Source: Crocinitomicaceae bacterium
Lineage (GTDB): Bacteria > Bacteroidota > Bacteroidia > Flavobacteriales_D > Crocinitomicaceae
Assembly: GCA_044350515.1 (NCBI GenBank)
Contig: JBILHL010000002.1
Location: 1 to 64,000 of the forward strand
Direction: 5' to 3'
DNA length: 64,000 nt
Within the stretch, counting starts at the first letter, position 1. Each line of letters begins with the position of its first letter. Below are positions 40,549-50,702 of this stretch, in pieces. The notes beneath the pieces were generated by a model. It was given only the letters and a program-made list of their open reading frames with translations. It made no database searches and had not been told where the DNA came from. Position numbers and translations under genes: made by a program.

Positions 40549-41769
40549 GTGTCAGAAATCCTACTTGATATCCAAAAAACTGAGAAAGTAAATAAACCTA
40601 GGCTACAATTTATAGATATGGCAAGAAGTTTTGCCATTCTTTTAATGCTCGAAGGACATTTTACAGGCGCAGGTTTAGCCAATCAATACCGAAACGAAGA
40701 TTATATTTTATACAATATTTGGCATAACCTTCATGGTTTAACATCTCCCCTTTTCTTCACAGTTACTGGATTAGTTTTCGTTTATCTACTAACAGGAACA
40801 AAATCCAACGAGCCATTTTTTCAAAATAATCGGGTACAAAAAGGACTCAAACGCGTTGGTGATTTATTATTTTGGGGTTATTTCATTCAGTTAAATTTAT
40901 GGAGCATCATTAAATCAATCTACTACGGAACTCCTTTTCAATTTGATTGGTTGGGTGCTTTTCACGTATTGCAATCTATTGGTTTTGGTATTTTCTTTTT
41001 ATTACTCATTTATGGAATTCATCTTTTTATTAAAAAAGGAGATATTCATTGGTATTATTTAATTGCTGCATTATTGGTTTTCATCGGATATTCTCAAATG
41101 AAAGCCCATATTCAGGCTGATGAATTACGAATTGCTGGTTCAACTTTAAAAGCTAATTATTGGCCGAATGGTTTTCCTGCTTTTATTCAAAATATGTTCT
41201 ACGGTAAATACTCTGATTTTAGCTTTATGCGCTATGCTGGGTATGTATTATTGGGTGGAATGACAGGAAGTCTTATTCGAAAATATGAACACTTAACGAA
41301 AAAAAATTGGTTTGGAATTACATTTGTTTTGATAGCTGTATTTTTAAATGTGTTTATTCAATCGCTATTTGTTCAACTTGATACGTTCACAGAAATGATA
41401 GGACTTTGCAATAAAGGAGTTTATGAATTAAACAGCACAGCTTTCATGCGTTTTGGGCAAGTCATTGGATTAATTGGTATCTTAATGCTTATCGATGGAA
41501 ACTTTAAAGTGAAGGCTCCGTTATTCTTAAAACTCGGACAAAACACGCTACCGATTTATGTTATTCATGTTATTATTCTTTATGGCGGGATATTTGGATT
41601 TGGATTAAAACCCGATGTAATTAACTTAAATTTAAATCCTTATGCAGCAATTGGGGTTTCTATTATTGCTATGCTTTCATTTACTATAATGGTAAAATAC
41701 ATAGAACCTTTGGAAGAATTCTATAATGCGGTTTTAGGTAAAATCTATTTTTGGCGTAAAAAGAATTAA
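40549..41769 (+). CDS. polytopic membrane acyltransferase-3/HGSNAT-like protein
   Basis: 406 aa, about 10 TM helices, FIDMARSFAILLMLEGH N-terminus resembling DUF1624/acyltransferase 3 proteins. Confidence 0.4.
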   Translation: MSEILLDIQKTEKVNKPRLQFIDMARSFAILLMLEGHFTGAGLANQYRNEDYILYNIWHNLHGLTSPLFFTVTGLVFVYLLTGTKSNEPFFQNNRVQKGLKRVGDLLFWGYFIQLNLWSIIKSIYYGTPFQFDWLGAFHVLQSIGFGIFFLLLIYGIHLFIKKGDIHWYYLIAALLVFIGYSQMKAHIQADELRIAGSTLKANYWPNGFPAFIQNMFYGKYSDFSFMRYAGYVLLGGMTGSLIRKYEHLTKKNWFGITFVLIAVFLNVFIQSLFVQLDTFTEMIGLCNKGVYELNSTAFMRFGQVIGLIGILMLIDGNFKVKAPLFLKLGQNTLPIYVIHVIILYGGIFGFGLKPDVINLNLNPYAAIGVSIIAMLSFTIMVKYIEPLEEFYNAVLGKIYFWRKKN

Positions 41770-41896
41770 CTTTTTCGCTGTTTCTTTAAATTTCCCATTA
41801 ATATTTAGTGGAAATCCCTTTGCTCTTTTCATCAAAAGCACTTTCAACTTCGACCTTTCAAATTTTCCTTTTCAATAAATTCCTATCTTTACTTTA

Positions 41897-42451
41897 TTGG
41901 ATAAGCAAACTAAATATTGGAAAGATTTCTTGAATGGTGACAACGATGCACTCGCTAAATTATACGTGGATTTATTTGAGCCGTTAGTTCTAAAAGCTAT
42001 CTATTATACAAAAAATCCAGAAGTTGCTCGGGACATTGTCAGTAGTTTATTCGTCTCTTTGATAGAGTTGCCTTATGAAGAAAGATGCAAACGTTGGGAA
42101 TGCATTGAAAATCATCAAGCATTGTTAATTGCAATTGTGAGAAATAAGTGTTTGGATCATTTAAAAATTTCTCAAAACCGAGTTCGAATTAATCGTGAAC
42201 TTTTTTCGGAAACAACAACTGAAACAGAAACAACTGCTATGATTGCGCATTTAACGGTTTGCATAGATGAATTAAAAAATGATGAAAAAGAATTGGTAGA
42301 AATGCACTTGCAAGGATTTAACAATACTGAAATTTCTGAAAAATTGAATTTGAGCGAGAAAACTGTCAGAAATAAACTAAGTTTGACACGAAAATCCTTG
42401 TGGAAATTGTGGCATCAATTGGTTGTAATAATTGCCTTATTATGGAATTAA
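41897..42451 (+). CDS. RNA polymerase sigma-70 family (ECF-like) sigma factor
   Basis: TTG start; region-4 HTH FNNTEISEKLNLSEKTVRNKLSLTRKSL. Confidence 0.65.
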   Translation: MDKQTKYWKDFLNGDNDALAKLYVDLFEPLVLKAIYYTKNPEVARDIVSSLFVSLIELPYEERCKRWECIENHQALLIAIVRNKCLDHLKISQNRVRINRELFSETTTETETTAMIAHLTVCIDELKNDEKELVEMHLQGFNNTEISEKLNLSEKTVRNKLSLTRKSLWKLWHQLVVIIALLWN

Positions 42452-43182
42452 AAGATTTAAAAGCATTGTTAGAACACCCAAACCAACTTCAATTGGAACT
42501 GGAAAAATTGCGTTCAGATGTTCATCTTTCGGAAGAAATTAAAGGATTTATTGTGCTTTATGATAGTTTTGAAGGGGATTGCGAAGCCATCAAGAATTAC
42601 CTATCAACGACTGAAAAACAAATTCTTGCGCCATCACAGGCTAAAATAATTCCTTTCTCAGTCCTAAAATATGCAGCTGGATTCGCTTTGCTAATAGGAC
42701 TTGGAGGTTTTTTATATTATTACTCAACCACAAATCCTTCAACAAATCTTAGCTCAAAAAACGCAAAGAAAAAAGATGTTTTCACTGAACCTGGGATTCC
42801 TATTTTTATGGGCGAAAATCCTAAAATTGAATGGGGAAGTTTGATGTTTGCGATTGAAGAAGAAAGTACTTCAAAAGCAATTTTAGAATGGCGAAAAATT
42901 CAAAAAATTGCACCTGAAAATGATACGGTTCTTTATTTTGGCGGCATCGTTTATTTCAACAACAATCAAATACAAAAAGCTGAGAAATTTTTTAAGAGAA
43001 ATCATCAAATTAAAAGTTCATACAACGATCGTTCGCTTTATTTCATAGCAATGATTGATTGGAAACGAAACAAACGAGAGGAAGCAAAGAAAAAGTTCCA
43101 AAAACTTACTTCTTCAACTGATTTAGAACTAAAAAAAGCTGCAAAGAATCGTATTGAAGAAATTGATAACACTTCAGAATAA
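42442..43182 (+). CDS. putative anti-sigma / membrane protein with TPR-like C-terminus
   Basis: ATG inside the sigma stop (ATGGAATTAA); single TM helix AAGFALLIGLGGFLYYY; gene order is typical of ECF sigma/anti-sigma pairs. Confidence 0.4.
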   Translation: MELKDLKALLEHPNQLQLELEKLRSDVHLSEEIKGFIVLYDSFEGDCEAIKNYLSTTEKQILAPSQAKIIPFSVLKYAAGFALLIGLGGFLYYYSTTNPSTNLSSKNAKKKDVFTEPGIPIFMGENPKIEWGSLMFAIEEESTSKAILEWRKIQKIAPENDTVLYFGGIVYFNNNQIQKAEKFFKRNHQIKSSYNDRSLYFIAMIDWKRNKREEAKKKFQKLTSSTDLELKKAAKNRIEEIDNTSE

Positions 43183-43185
43183 AAA

Positions 43186-43218
43186 AATGAGTTGACTTAA
43201 TTTCTAAATCAACTCATT
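43186..43218. terminator. bidirectional terminator hairpin AATGAGTTGA-loop-TCAACTCATT between convergent anti-sigma and fic genes
   Basis: 10-bp perfect stem, A7 upstream and TTTG downstream. Confidence 0.55.
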
Positions 43219-43225
43219 TGCATTC

Positions 43226-44185
43226 TCAAATTTTTCGTCGACGTTTTCGGTTATTTATGTACGAATCAACGGCTTCTTTGGAAGTATACCAGACATTTCC
43301 TTCTTTATAAGCATCAATCTTTCCTTGTCTAGCCAACAGACTCAAATATTCCTGACCATAGGGCAAGCGTTCTTCTTCAATAATCGTCGTTATTGCTGAA
43401 TATTCATACGTTGAGCCAGGAAGTGCTGCCAAATAAATGTTCAAGGTACGTTCTACGGCTTGAATCATTAACAATTGAAGTTTCTTATACTGCCCATTGT
43501 TTGCTTGATTCAAAGCTTCGTAATATTTCTTCCGATCAGCTCTTAGAATAATTGCTGGAGGATAACCATTTCGCAATAAAAGTAGGTTCATTGCCAAACG
43601 AACAGTTCTTCCATTTCCGTCAAAAAAAGGATGAATCCAAACGAAACGATGGTGAAAAAGTGTCGCCAAACTGATTATATTCAACCCATCTGGATTTAAC
43701 TGAATCCATTCCACCAATTCATCAAACAATCCACTCACTTTTGATGCCGCAGGAGGTGTGAAATTTGCTCCATTAATTCGGAAATTTCCTGTTCGGATTC
43801 TTCCAGCATAATGTTCTTCAATGTTATTCAACACAATTTCGTGCAATTTCAGGATATCTATCCCGCGCACTGGTTCAGAAGCATCTGCCAATTTGTATAA
43901 AAAGGAAATGGCTTTGTGGTGATTGAACGTTTCAAAATGCTCGCGTAGACTTTTCCCTTTTACGGTCACACCTTCCTCCAGAATTAGTTGGGTTTCTCGA
44001 AGAGTAATGGTATTTCCTTCAATGGCATTGGAATTATAAGTCCATTCCAGCGCAAGATTTGCTTTGATTTTTTCAACGATAAATGATGGAAGTGGTCGAT
44101 ATGAATCCAATTCTTTTTTCTTGGATTCCAACCTTGAAAGATGAACTTTGATTTCTTCGTCTACAATAAATTGATTTCGCCACAT
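43226..44185 (-). CDS. fic: Fic/DOC family protein with C-terminal winged helix
   Basis: HPFFDGNGRTVRLAM is the Fic core motif HPFx[DE]GNGR. Confidence 0.85.
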   Translation of the reverse strand: MWRNQFIVDEEIKVHLSRLESKKKELDSYRPLPSFIVEKIKANLALEWTYNSNAIEGNTITLRETQLILEEGVTVKGKSLREHFETFNHHKAISFLYKLADASEPVRGIDILKLHEIVLNNIEEHYAGRIRTGNFRINGANFTPPAASKVSGLFDELVEWIQLNPDGLNIISLATLFHHRFVWIHPFFDGNGRTVRLAMNLLLLRNGYPPAIILRADRKKYYEALNQANNGQYKKLQLLMIQAVERTLNIYLAALPGSTYEYSAITTIIEEERLPYGQEYLSLLARQGKIDAYKEGNVWYTSKEAVDSYINNRKRRRKI

Positions 44186-44276
44186 AATATCGTTTTAACC
44201 ACAAATTTAACTATACCGATATTAACTATCAAGCATTTTCAATTTTTTCACATAAATAATTTAAAAATGAAATGAT

Positions 44277-46592
44277 TTACGATTCCCAGTGTAAATAAAA
44301 CCGGAGCACAATTGCGACCAAAGCTAAAAGAACTAAAAACGCTTGCCACGATTTATCTGTCGTTATTGCTGGTTCTGGTGCTAAACGCAAATCTTTTACG
44401 TTGGAGGTTAGTTGTAATCCCGCCCAATAGATTGGATGTGCTTGTTCGCCCGTATGCGATTTGAAGTAATTTTGTTTGGCAGTATAAAGTGCATCTTCTA
44501 CAGAAAATCCTGCCTTTAATTTTAGATAAAACTCCTCCATAATTTCTGCCGAACTCTTGTCAATTGTAGCATGGCGAGATGCAATTACAGCCTTGGCTCC
44601 ATTCTTAAATAAATTAATTTGTAAGTAATTATTTGAATAGGTATAAAACTCAAAAAAGCCAGCAAAACAATTATTCACAACAATTAATTCACGTTTACAT
44701 TTGTTTATTTTGACAGAAGACTGGATAAAATCTTTGCCTTGATCATTTAATAATATTAGATTTTTGGCGGTGCCGGTTGGTTTATAAATTGTCATATTCC
44801 CGTGACCAACAACATTTAAAATTCCATGTTTATTGAATATTGAATTAAAATTTTGAACATCATTATAAATTTTTCCTTTCCACTGATGAATTACAGAATG
44901 CATCATTTGATTCATGAAGGGTAATCTTGCCCTTTTTGGCTGATTAATATTTAAAAAATCGATTTTATTTGATATGGTACTTTTTTGGTCAATGAAAAAA
45001 TCAATAGGATTGTAAATGAATACAAAATTGAATCTTTTAGCTAAATAATTTAATTTATCAAACGAATTACCTACGGTATCAGAAATCATAGCAGGGAATT
45101 CTTGTCTAGAATCAATTGAAAGGTAAATTTTATTTATCCCTTTTATGTTTTGTTCGATTGGTTTAAAATAATGATTGTATTTGTTAAATGCCTTTTTTTT
45201 GAAATTAGACAAATTATTTATTGAAAGATCCATCGTTCCGTATTCTTCTGAATCATTAAAAGATGAAACAGTAATCCTATTTTTTGTAATTAAAATATTC
45301 TTTTTTTCTTTAATAAGATTGTAATTCATGAACAACAAAAAAGCTTCATTTTTTTTAAGTTTTTTTTGCACTTCTTTTACAATGTTTTCATTATTAAATT
45401 TACTTTTTGCTAAGTATTTATAAGAGCTAATTACATTATTTGTTAACCGAATTAGATAGAATTTATTCTTTGTTTTTTGATATAAATATTCATCTAAAAT
45501 GGCTAAAGAAATGTATGGTGAAATATTGTAAGAATCATGCGCCACATTTTTCTGACTTTTAATATATTCATCCCAATCAGCTGTTAGCGATGTAATATCT
45601 GAGTAGAATTGTTTGAATTTTTCGGCGGAAACGTTATTTATTATATCGTCACTTATTTTATATTTAATTAATGACAAGACTTGTAGAAAAGGTTGGTTTT
45701 CATTGTCATAATGAGCATTCTTTTTATACAAATAATAACATTCATTAAACACCTCATCGCCTTTTTCTTTTTCCCCATAACAATAGAAAGCTAAGGTTTT
45801 CAGCGAAAGGACGTTCATTTTTAAGTTCAAATCAGATGGATTTATTATTTGAAGTGCTTTATTATAATGGCCAATTAATTCTTTAAACAATTGATGCTGA
45901 TAAGCTGAAAATTTTTTCTGTTGTTCTTTTGTCTTTACGAAATAATTAATCATATCCAGTTTTCTAGTACCCTTACTTCTGAATATCAATGCCTCTTCAC
46001 ATGAAAAGTGTTTATAGCTTTTTAATATTAACAAGGAGGAATCAAAATAATTCATTATTGGAGCGAGGTGTACCTTTCTTGTTTTATCATAAACTAAGCC
46101 ACTTGTTAAACCTCTTCTATATAGAAAGGTTGTTCCATAAACCTGATAAATAAAATGAAACGGAACTTTAAATCTTTCATTCCAGTTTTTTCTCAGTAAT
46201 CTCATCGATTCATCAGAGAATTTAGTTGCTTTATCACCAACCATATTAAAATGCCAAAAAGCAGCTTTTTCAGCCAAGTAATAAGCTTTATAAATATCTC
46301 CTTTGTCTTTATTGAGCTGATATGCCGCTTCAGAAGCTCGTAAAAAACCATATAAATCTTCACTAAAATATAAAGCCTTAGATTTTAGAACTAGAATGGT
46401 GTATTTATCTGTACTCTTAAGAGTTTCTTTTAATAACCTATTGGCTAATATATTAGCTTGGCGGTGATTTCCTTTTTCTATTAATGATTCAATCCTGGAA
46501 ATTTGTTGTTGTACACGCTCTTTTCCTTTATTCCTCTGGAAAGAGAACAGAAAAAAAATTGAAAAAATAAGAAGCCAAAAATTGCGAAACAT
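44277..46592 (-). CDS. TPR-repeat plus CHAT (caspase-like) domain protein with C-terminal TM helix
   Basis: C-terminal LNVVGHGN (His) and LIVVNNCFAG (Cys) form a caspase/CHAT HC dyad; the N-terminal half is helical TPR-like; ATG at 46592 used (ORF extends to 46664 with GTG). Confidence 0.55.
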   Translation of the reverse strand: MFRNFWLLIFSIFFLFSFQRNKGKERVQQQISRIESLIEKGNHRQANILANRLLKETLKSTDKYTILVLKSKALYFSEDLYGFLRASEAAYQLNKDKGDIYKAYYLAEKAAFWHFNMVGDKATKFSDESMRLLRKNWNERFKVPFHFIYQVYGTTFLYRRGLTSGLVYDKTRKVHLAPIMNYFDSSLLILKSYKHFSCEEALIFRSKGTRKLDMINYFVKTKEQQKKFSAYQHQLFKELIGHYNKALQIINPSDLNLKMNVLSLKTLAFYCYGEKEKGDEVFNECYYLYKKNAHYDNENQPFLQVLSLIKYKISDDIINNVSAEKFKQFYSDITSLTADWDEYIKSQKNVAHDSYNISPYISLAILDEYLYQKTKNKFYLIRLTNNVISSYKYLAKSKFNNENIVKEVQKKLKKNEAFLLFMNYNLIKEKKNILITKNRITVSSFNDSEEYGTMDLSINNLSNFKKKAFNKYNHYFKPIEQNIKGINKIYLSIDSRQEFPAMISDTVGNSFDKLNYLAKRFNFVFIYNPIDFFIDQKSTISNKIDFLNINQPKRARLPFMNQMMHSVIHQWKGKIYNDVQNFNSIFNKHGILNVVGHGNMTIYKPTGTAKNLILLNDQGKDFIQSSVKINKCKRELIVVNNCFAGFFEFYTYSNNYLQINLFKNGAKAVIASRHATIDKSSAEIMEEFYLKLKAGFSVEDALYTAKQNYFKSHTGEQAHPIYWAGLQLTSNVKDLRLAPEPAITTDKSWQAFLVLLALVAIVLRFYLHWES

Positions 46593-46691
46593 TAAGGACA
46601 AAAGAAAGGAATTATACTGAAATATTTTTGCAGTTATGTAACTTGAAACAAAAAATAATCCCACTAACTGAAGCTGATGGTATTTAAAGTA

Positions 46692-46755
46692 AAGTTTCGC
46701 AGGATAAAAGTTCCGCAGTATTTCAAATCCTGCGGAACTTTGCCTGCGGAACTTT
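46692..46755. repeat. palindromic array of the 16-bp unit AAGTTCCGCAGGATTT (two direct plus two inverted copies), 3' of the ATPase gene
   Basis: aaagtttcgcaggat aaaagttccgcagtattt c aaatcctgcggaactt tgcctgcggaacttt; a T-rich tract follows. Confidence 0.75.
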
Positions 46756-46833
46756 AATTTAAATAGAATTTTTCAAACCTGAATCCTTTTTTTTGTCTGT
46801 CAATTTAATAGGTAAAAAACATTTACCCATTTT

Positions 46834-48144
46834 CTATTTAACCCGGCGAATCATTTCTATGGTGTAATCTGCTAGAAAAAGAGGAATATTCAACAAGCCA
46901 TCTCTGTATTGTAAATTTTTCAATGAATACCGTATTCTTAATGAAGGATTAAACTTTTCATTGTATAACGAGAGACTTCTACTTTTAACATTTTCATCGC
47001 TCTTCACTTCGATTGGAATAATTTCATTTTCAATTTGAATTAAAAAGTCAACTTCAGCAGTATTTCCAGATGTCCAATATCTAGGAGGAGTTTTTAATTG
47101 AGCAACCAAACTTTGTAGGATGTAATTTTCTATCAACGCACCTTTAAACTCAGAAAAAAGGCGATTTCCTTCTAAAAATACGCTTGGTGAAAGCTTAGCT
47201 AGGTTTCTTATAATTCCAACGTCTAAAGCATATAATTTAAATGCACTTTGATCGTCATAAGCGCTTAGTGGTAATGATGGCTTTGTATTTAATTTCACTT
47301 GATATACTATTCCTGCATTTATCAACCATTGAATTGCATCTTCATATTCTCTTGCTCTTGCTCCCGTTCGAATTAATTGATAAATGAATTTTTTGTTTTC
47401 TCTCGCAAGTTGGGCTGGCAACGAGTTAAACACTTCGCCAATTTTAGCAACGTTTGTCATAATTGGATGTTTCGCAAAATCACCTTTGTACGAAAGAATT
47501 AGATTATTTAATGTTTCGTCTGTATTTTCAAATGTATTCGAGTCGTTAAATGATTTAACAATTGCTGGCATTCCTCCTGTAATCATGTATTTTTTGAAAT
47601 GATGTAATAAATCATTAAAAAAATAGTCAGGAATGAGATCTAGTGCATCTAATTGCTCTACATACTTCGATAAAGAATTACTCCAATTAGGTAATACTTC
47701 TCGAAATGTCATTGGATAAAGTGTTAAAAATTCAACTTTCCCAACGGGAAAAGAATTGCCTGAATTTAACAAAATACCCAAAAGTGAGCCAGCGCATATA
47801 ATTGGAATTTCAGGTTTTTGTTCTGCAAAATATTTTAAGGTATTCAAAGCCTCAGGGCATTCTTGAATTTCATCTAAAATGATCAATGTTTCGCTATTTA
47901 TTTCTTTACCACTGATAAGCGAAAACGACTCAAGGATTCGATGTGTATCTTTATTTTTTTGAAAAAAATCTTTTAACTCTGGACGTTCGTCAAAGTTGAA
48001 GTAAATAAATTGAGAAAAGGCATGTTCTCCAAACCAACGCATAAGATAGGTTTTACCAACTTGTCTCGCTCCTTGCAGAATTAATGGTAACCTCTCGGTT
48101 TTGTTTTTCCATTTAATTAATTGAAGTTGTAGGTTTCTTTCCAT
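46834..48144 (-). CDS. AAA-family ATPase of the AAA_14/DUF4143 type
   Basis: Walker A ILQGARQVGKTYL, Walker B LIILDEIQE, C-terminal DUF4143-like region. Confidence 0.7.
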   Translation of the reverse strand: MERNLQLQLIKWKNKTERLPLILQGARQVGKTYLMRWFGEHAFSQFIYFNFDERPELKDFFQKNKDTHRILESFSLISGKEINSETLIILDEIQECPEALNTLKYFAEQKPEIPIICAGSLLGILLNSGNSFPVGKVEFLTLYPMTFREVLPNWSNSLSKYVEQLDALDLIPDYFFNDLLHHFKKYMITGGMPAIVKSFNDSNTFENTDETLNNLILSYKGDFAKHPIMTNVAKIGEVFNSLPAQLARENKKFIYQLIRTGARAREYEDAIQWLINAGIVYQVKLNTKPSLPLSAYDDQSAFKLYALDVGIIRNLAKLSPSVFLEGNRLFSEFKGALIENYILQSLVAQLKTPPRYWTSGNTAEVDFLIQIENEIIPIEVKSDENVKSRSLSLYNEKFNPSLRIRYSLKNLQYRDGLLNIPLFLADYTIEMIRRVK

Positions 48145-48206
48145 TTATAAGTGGGTAAAATGTGATTATTTACACAAATATAACATTTATTTTGTGATTT
48201 TAGGAA

Positions 48207-48239
48207 AAGTTCCGCAGGATTTAAAATCCTGCGGAACTT
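48207..48239. repeat. perfect 33-bp palindrome AAGTTCCGCAGGATTTAAAATCCTGCGGAACTT flanked by AAAA/TTTT (bidirectional-terminator-like), 63 bp upstream of the ATPase start
   Basis: Seen directly; same 16-bp unit as the other arrays. Confidence 0.75.
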
Positions 48240-48276
48240 TTCCCGCAGCACAATTTCATTAACTGTTACCATATTA

Positions 48277-48376
48277 CCTTGTGCACGAATTAAATGAATA
48301 AATTCAAACCATTGAAATGGTTATTGGATTATCACGAAATATCCCTTAGGTGAGGGGTTAAATCTTCACCTAAGGG
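48277..48376 (-). ncRNA. copy A of a two-hairpin structured element: conserved box CCTTGTGC.C.AATTAAATGAA, hp1 AAACCATTGAAATGGTT (48306-48322), hp2 CCCTTAGGTGA-loop-TCACCTAAGGG (48343-48376); candidate sRNA, leader or MITE-like repeat
   Basis: Three copies in the window share order and spacing, but the stems differ by compensatory changes (see findings). Confidence 0.45.
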
Positions 48377-48452
48377 ATAACCCCCAAGACAACAAATCTC
48401 AAATTATTTTGAATAACGATAATCCTTAATTTTGTGATATAAACCCGATAAT

Positions 48453-49499
48453 ATGAAATCTGTCAGTGCAATCATTTTGTTTTTTATGCTTTTCGTTTCT
48501 GGATTTGCAAGCTCGCAAGTAAGTCAAACGGATACAAACACCTATGTAATCAAAAAAAGCAATGGCACTGAATATATTGGTAAAATTATAAGTGATGATG
48601 GAAGAGAAGTATTAATAGCAACGAAGGAATTAGGAAACATCTATATACCGAAAGCTGATATTATTTCAATTAAAGTCGTAGATATTGAGAAAGAAATGGT
48701 GAATAATGAATATCGTGGTAAAGGTGTATTTACAACACGTTATCAATTTTCAACGAATGCATTTCCAATAGAAAAAGATGAAAACTATGCATTGATTAAT
48801 TTATATGGACCGGAAGTTCATTTTGCTATAAATAAGCGAATATCAATTGGATTAATGGCAACATGGATAGCAAGCCCTTTAGTTTTAGCCGTAAAATACA
48901 CCATTCCTACTTCCAATGAAAAGATCAATTTTGGATTTGGAACGCTGTTAGGAACAACTGGATATTTAAATCAAGCGAAAGGATTTGGAGGGCTACATTG
49001 GGGTATGGTTACCTTTGGAGACCGAGCTAAAAACGTAACTTTATCACTCGGATATTCTTACTTCAAACCTGGACTATCAAGATACGACACATTTTATCAA
49101 CCGGGTACTTATGTTAATGAATCCTATTATAGTAATATAATTGAAAAAGTGAATTCACCATTAGTATTAGCTCCTGTTTTAGGTATAGCGAGTATAGCTC
49201 CCGTTGGAAAAAAAGCGAGTTTTATCCTTGATGCAATGTTCATTTTAGGTAAAACAAGTGGTGAGAAAGAGCAAGATATTACCAACTATTATAACGATCA
49301 AAATCAAATAACTTACAGTGTTGTTTCGGAATTAAGAAGTGTAACGTACCCTCGAATAAATTTTGTATTTATGCCTGGGATGCGTTTCCAAAAATCTGAA
49401 ACGAAGGCCTTTCAAGTTTCTCTAGCCGGGATTATTGGCTATGCGGATGATTTATACTCATTTCCTGTGCCAATGTGTAGCTGGTTCTATAAGTTCTAA
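48453..49499 (+). CDS. putative outer-membrane beta-barrel protein (secreted, unknown family)
   Basis: Signal peptide, alternating amphipathic strands, C-terminal aromatic WFYKF ending in Phe. Confidence 0.4.
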   Translation: MKSVSAIILFFMLFVSGFASSQVSQTDTNTYVIKKSNGTEYIGKIISDDGREVLIATKELGNIYIPKADIISIKVVDIEKEMVNNEYRGKGVFTTRYQFSTNAFPIEKDENYALINLYGPEVHFAINKRISIGLMATWIASPLVLAVKYTIPTSNEKINFGFGTLLGTTGYLNQAKGFGGLHWGMVTFGDRAKNVTLSLGYSYFKPGLSRYDTFYQPGTYVNESYYSNIIEKVNSPLVLAPVLGIASIAPVGKKASFILDAMFILGKTSGEKEQDITNYYNDQNQITYSVVSELRSVTYPRINFVFMPGMRFQKSETKAFQVSLAGIIGYADDLYSFPVPMCSWFYKF

Positions 49500-49520
49500 T
49501 ACCAATTAACAAGAACAAAA

Positions 49521-49550
49521 AAATCCCACCAACCAAAGATGATGGGATTT
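49521..49550. terminator. hairpin AAATCCCA-loop-TGGGATTT just 3' of the beta-barrel gene
   Basis: 8-bp perfect stem; A7 upstream (T7 on the opposite strand). Confidence 0.4.
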
Positions 49551-49557
49551 GTGAAAA

Positions 49558-49625
49558 AAGTTCCGCAGGATTAAAGTTCCGCAGGATTTGAAATCCTGCG
49601 GAACTTTCAAATCCTGCGGAACTTT
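49558..49625. repeat. palindromic array: two direct plus two inverted AAGTTCCGCAGGATT units; 33-bp perfect core at 49574-49606
   Basis: aagttccgcaggatt aaagttccgcaggattt g aaatcctgcggaacttt caaatcctgcggaacttt. Confidence 0.75.
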
Positions 49626-49644
49626 ACTAACCGAAATAATATTT

Positions 49645-49745
49645 CCTTGTGCGCTAATTAAATGAACGAACCTCAAACCATTGAAATGGTTATTGAATTT
49701 TTGGTATTTCTCTTTAGGTTCGGATTTAAATCCGAACCTAAAGAG
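49645..49745 (-). ncRNA. copy B of the two-hairpin element: box, hp1 AAACCATTGAAATGGTT (49675-49691), hp2 CTCTTTAGGTTCGGA-tttaaa-TCCGAACCTAAAGAG (49710-49745, 15-bp perfect stem); a degenerate partial copy follows at about 49770-49850
   Basis: Seen directly; ORF 49506..49760 (84 aa) lies inside it and is rejected as coding. Confidence 0.45.
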
Positions 49746-49997
49746 AAACCACAATAACAAAAAATGGTTTTAACCATTTATCCATTAAATAATCGAAATT
49801 GAAATGGGGGTTTGATTTGGGGGTTTAGGTTTTTGAAATAAACTGAAATTTCTCAAAAAACAATTTTTTTAAAAAATCCCGCCAATATAAACTGACGGGA
49901 CTTAATCAAAATTACTTAAAACAATAAAAAATTTAAATATTAATAAAATAAATTTGAAAACACGTAATAAATAATAGTTTAAATATGGAGTAACAAG

Positions 49998-50573
49998 TTA
50001 ATTATTAGCAAAATAGTAGGCAATTTTTTGCCAAACAGTAGGTTTTATTTTCCTGTTTTTTTCCTCATAGTATGAACAGTCGACACCTTGTTGTTTTAAT
50101 TTATTTATTCCTAATTCTAATTTGTCAGATATTGCTTTTCTCTCTTTTGGGGAGGAAATATTAGAGCCTTGTACTATCAACTGTTCAATAATATTTGTAA
50201 TTTCTTCTTTACTAGTACCAAACTGTATTGAAGCAATATCCTTTATTTTAGAATCTTGTCTTTCTTTCATTAAATATTCTTGCTCCTCTCGCAAACGGTC
50301 GGCTTCAGCTTGTTTAATGTCAGCAGCAGCCATTTTTTCCATAAAACCTGGTCCAGAATTATTATTATTAGATTTTGAAGTGTAATTATCTTCTGATGAA
50401 TTATTGGATTTTTCTGAATTCTGTGAATTAAACTCATTAAGGCATTTATTACTACAAAATAGCTTAGCTCCAAAACCGAATGATTTATTATAAACCCATC
50501 CTTTAGGTGTAGGATCGTAATTCCCACTTTTATAACCTTCTTTTCCACAATGATAACATGAATAGTCACTCAT
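49998..50573 (-). CDS. hypothetical Cys-rich (CxxC...C...C) protein with Asn/Ser-rich linker and coiled-coil C-terminus
   Basis: CYHCGKEG...CSNKC zinc-ribbon-like N-terminus; weak terminator hairpin downstream at about 49870-49905. Confidence 0.4.
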   Translation of the reverse strand: MSDYSCYHCGKEGYKSGNYDPTPKGWVYNKSFGFGAKLFCSNKCLNEFNSQNSEKSNNSSEDNYTSKSNNNNSGPGFMEKMAAADIKQAEADRLREEQEYLMKERQDSKIKDIASIQFGTSKEEITNIIEQLIVQGSNISSPKERKAISDKLELGINKLKQQGVDCSYYEEKNRKIKPTVWQKIAYYFANN

Positions 50574-50702
50574 AATATATAAATTTAATTTCCCCCTACT
50601 CTTCAGCTTTTCAGGTTTCGCTCTTACTGAAAATCAGCAGTAAGTCTGTTTTGGTTTTGCAATTTTAAATCAAACAACTGCAACCAATTTGCAGTCTTAA
50701 AA

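Noticed and set aside
49506-49760. 84-aa ORF on the minus strand
   Set aside because: It lies entirely within the palindromic array and hairpin element; its sequence is dictated by the repeats, so it is not a plausible gene.
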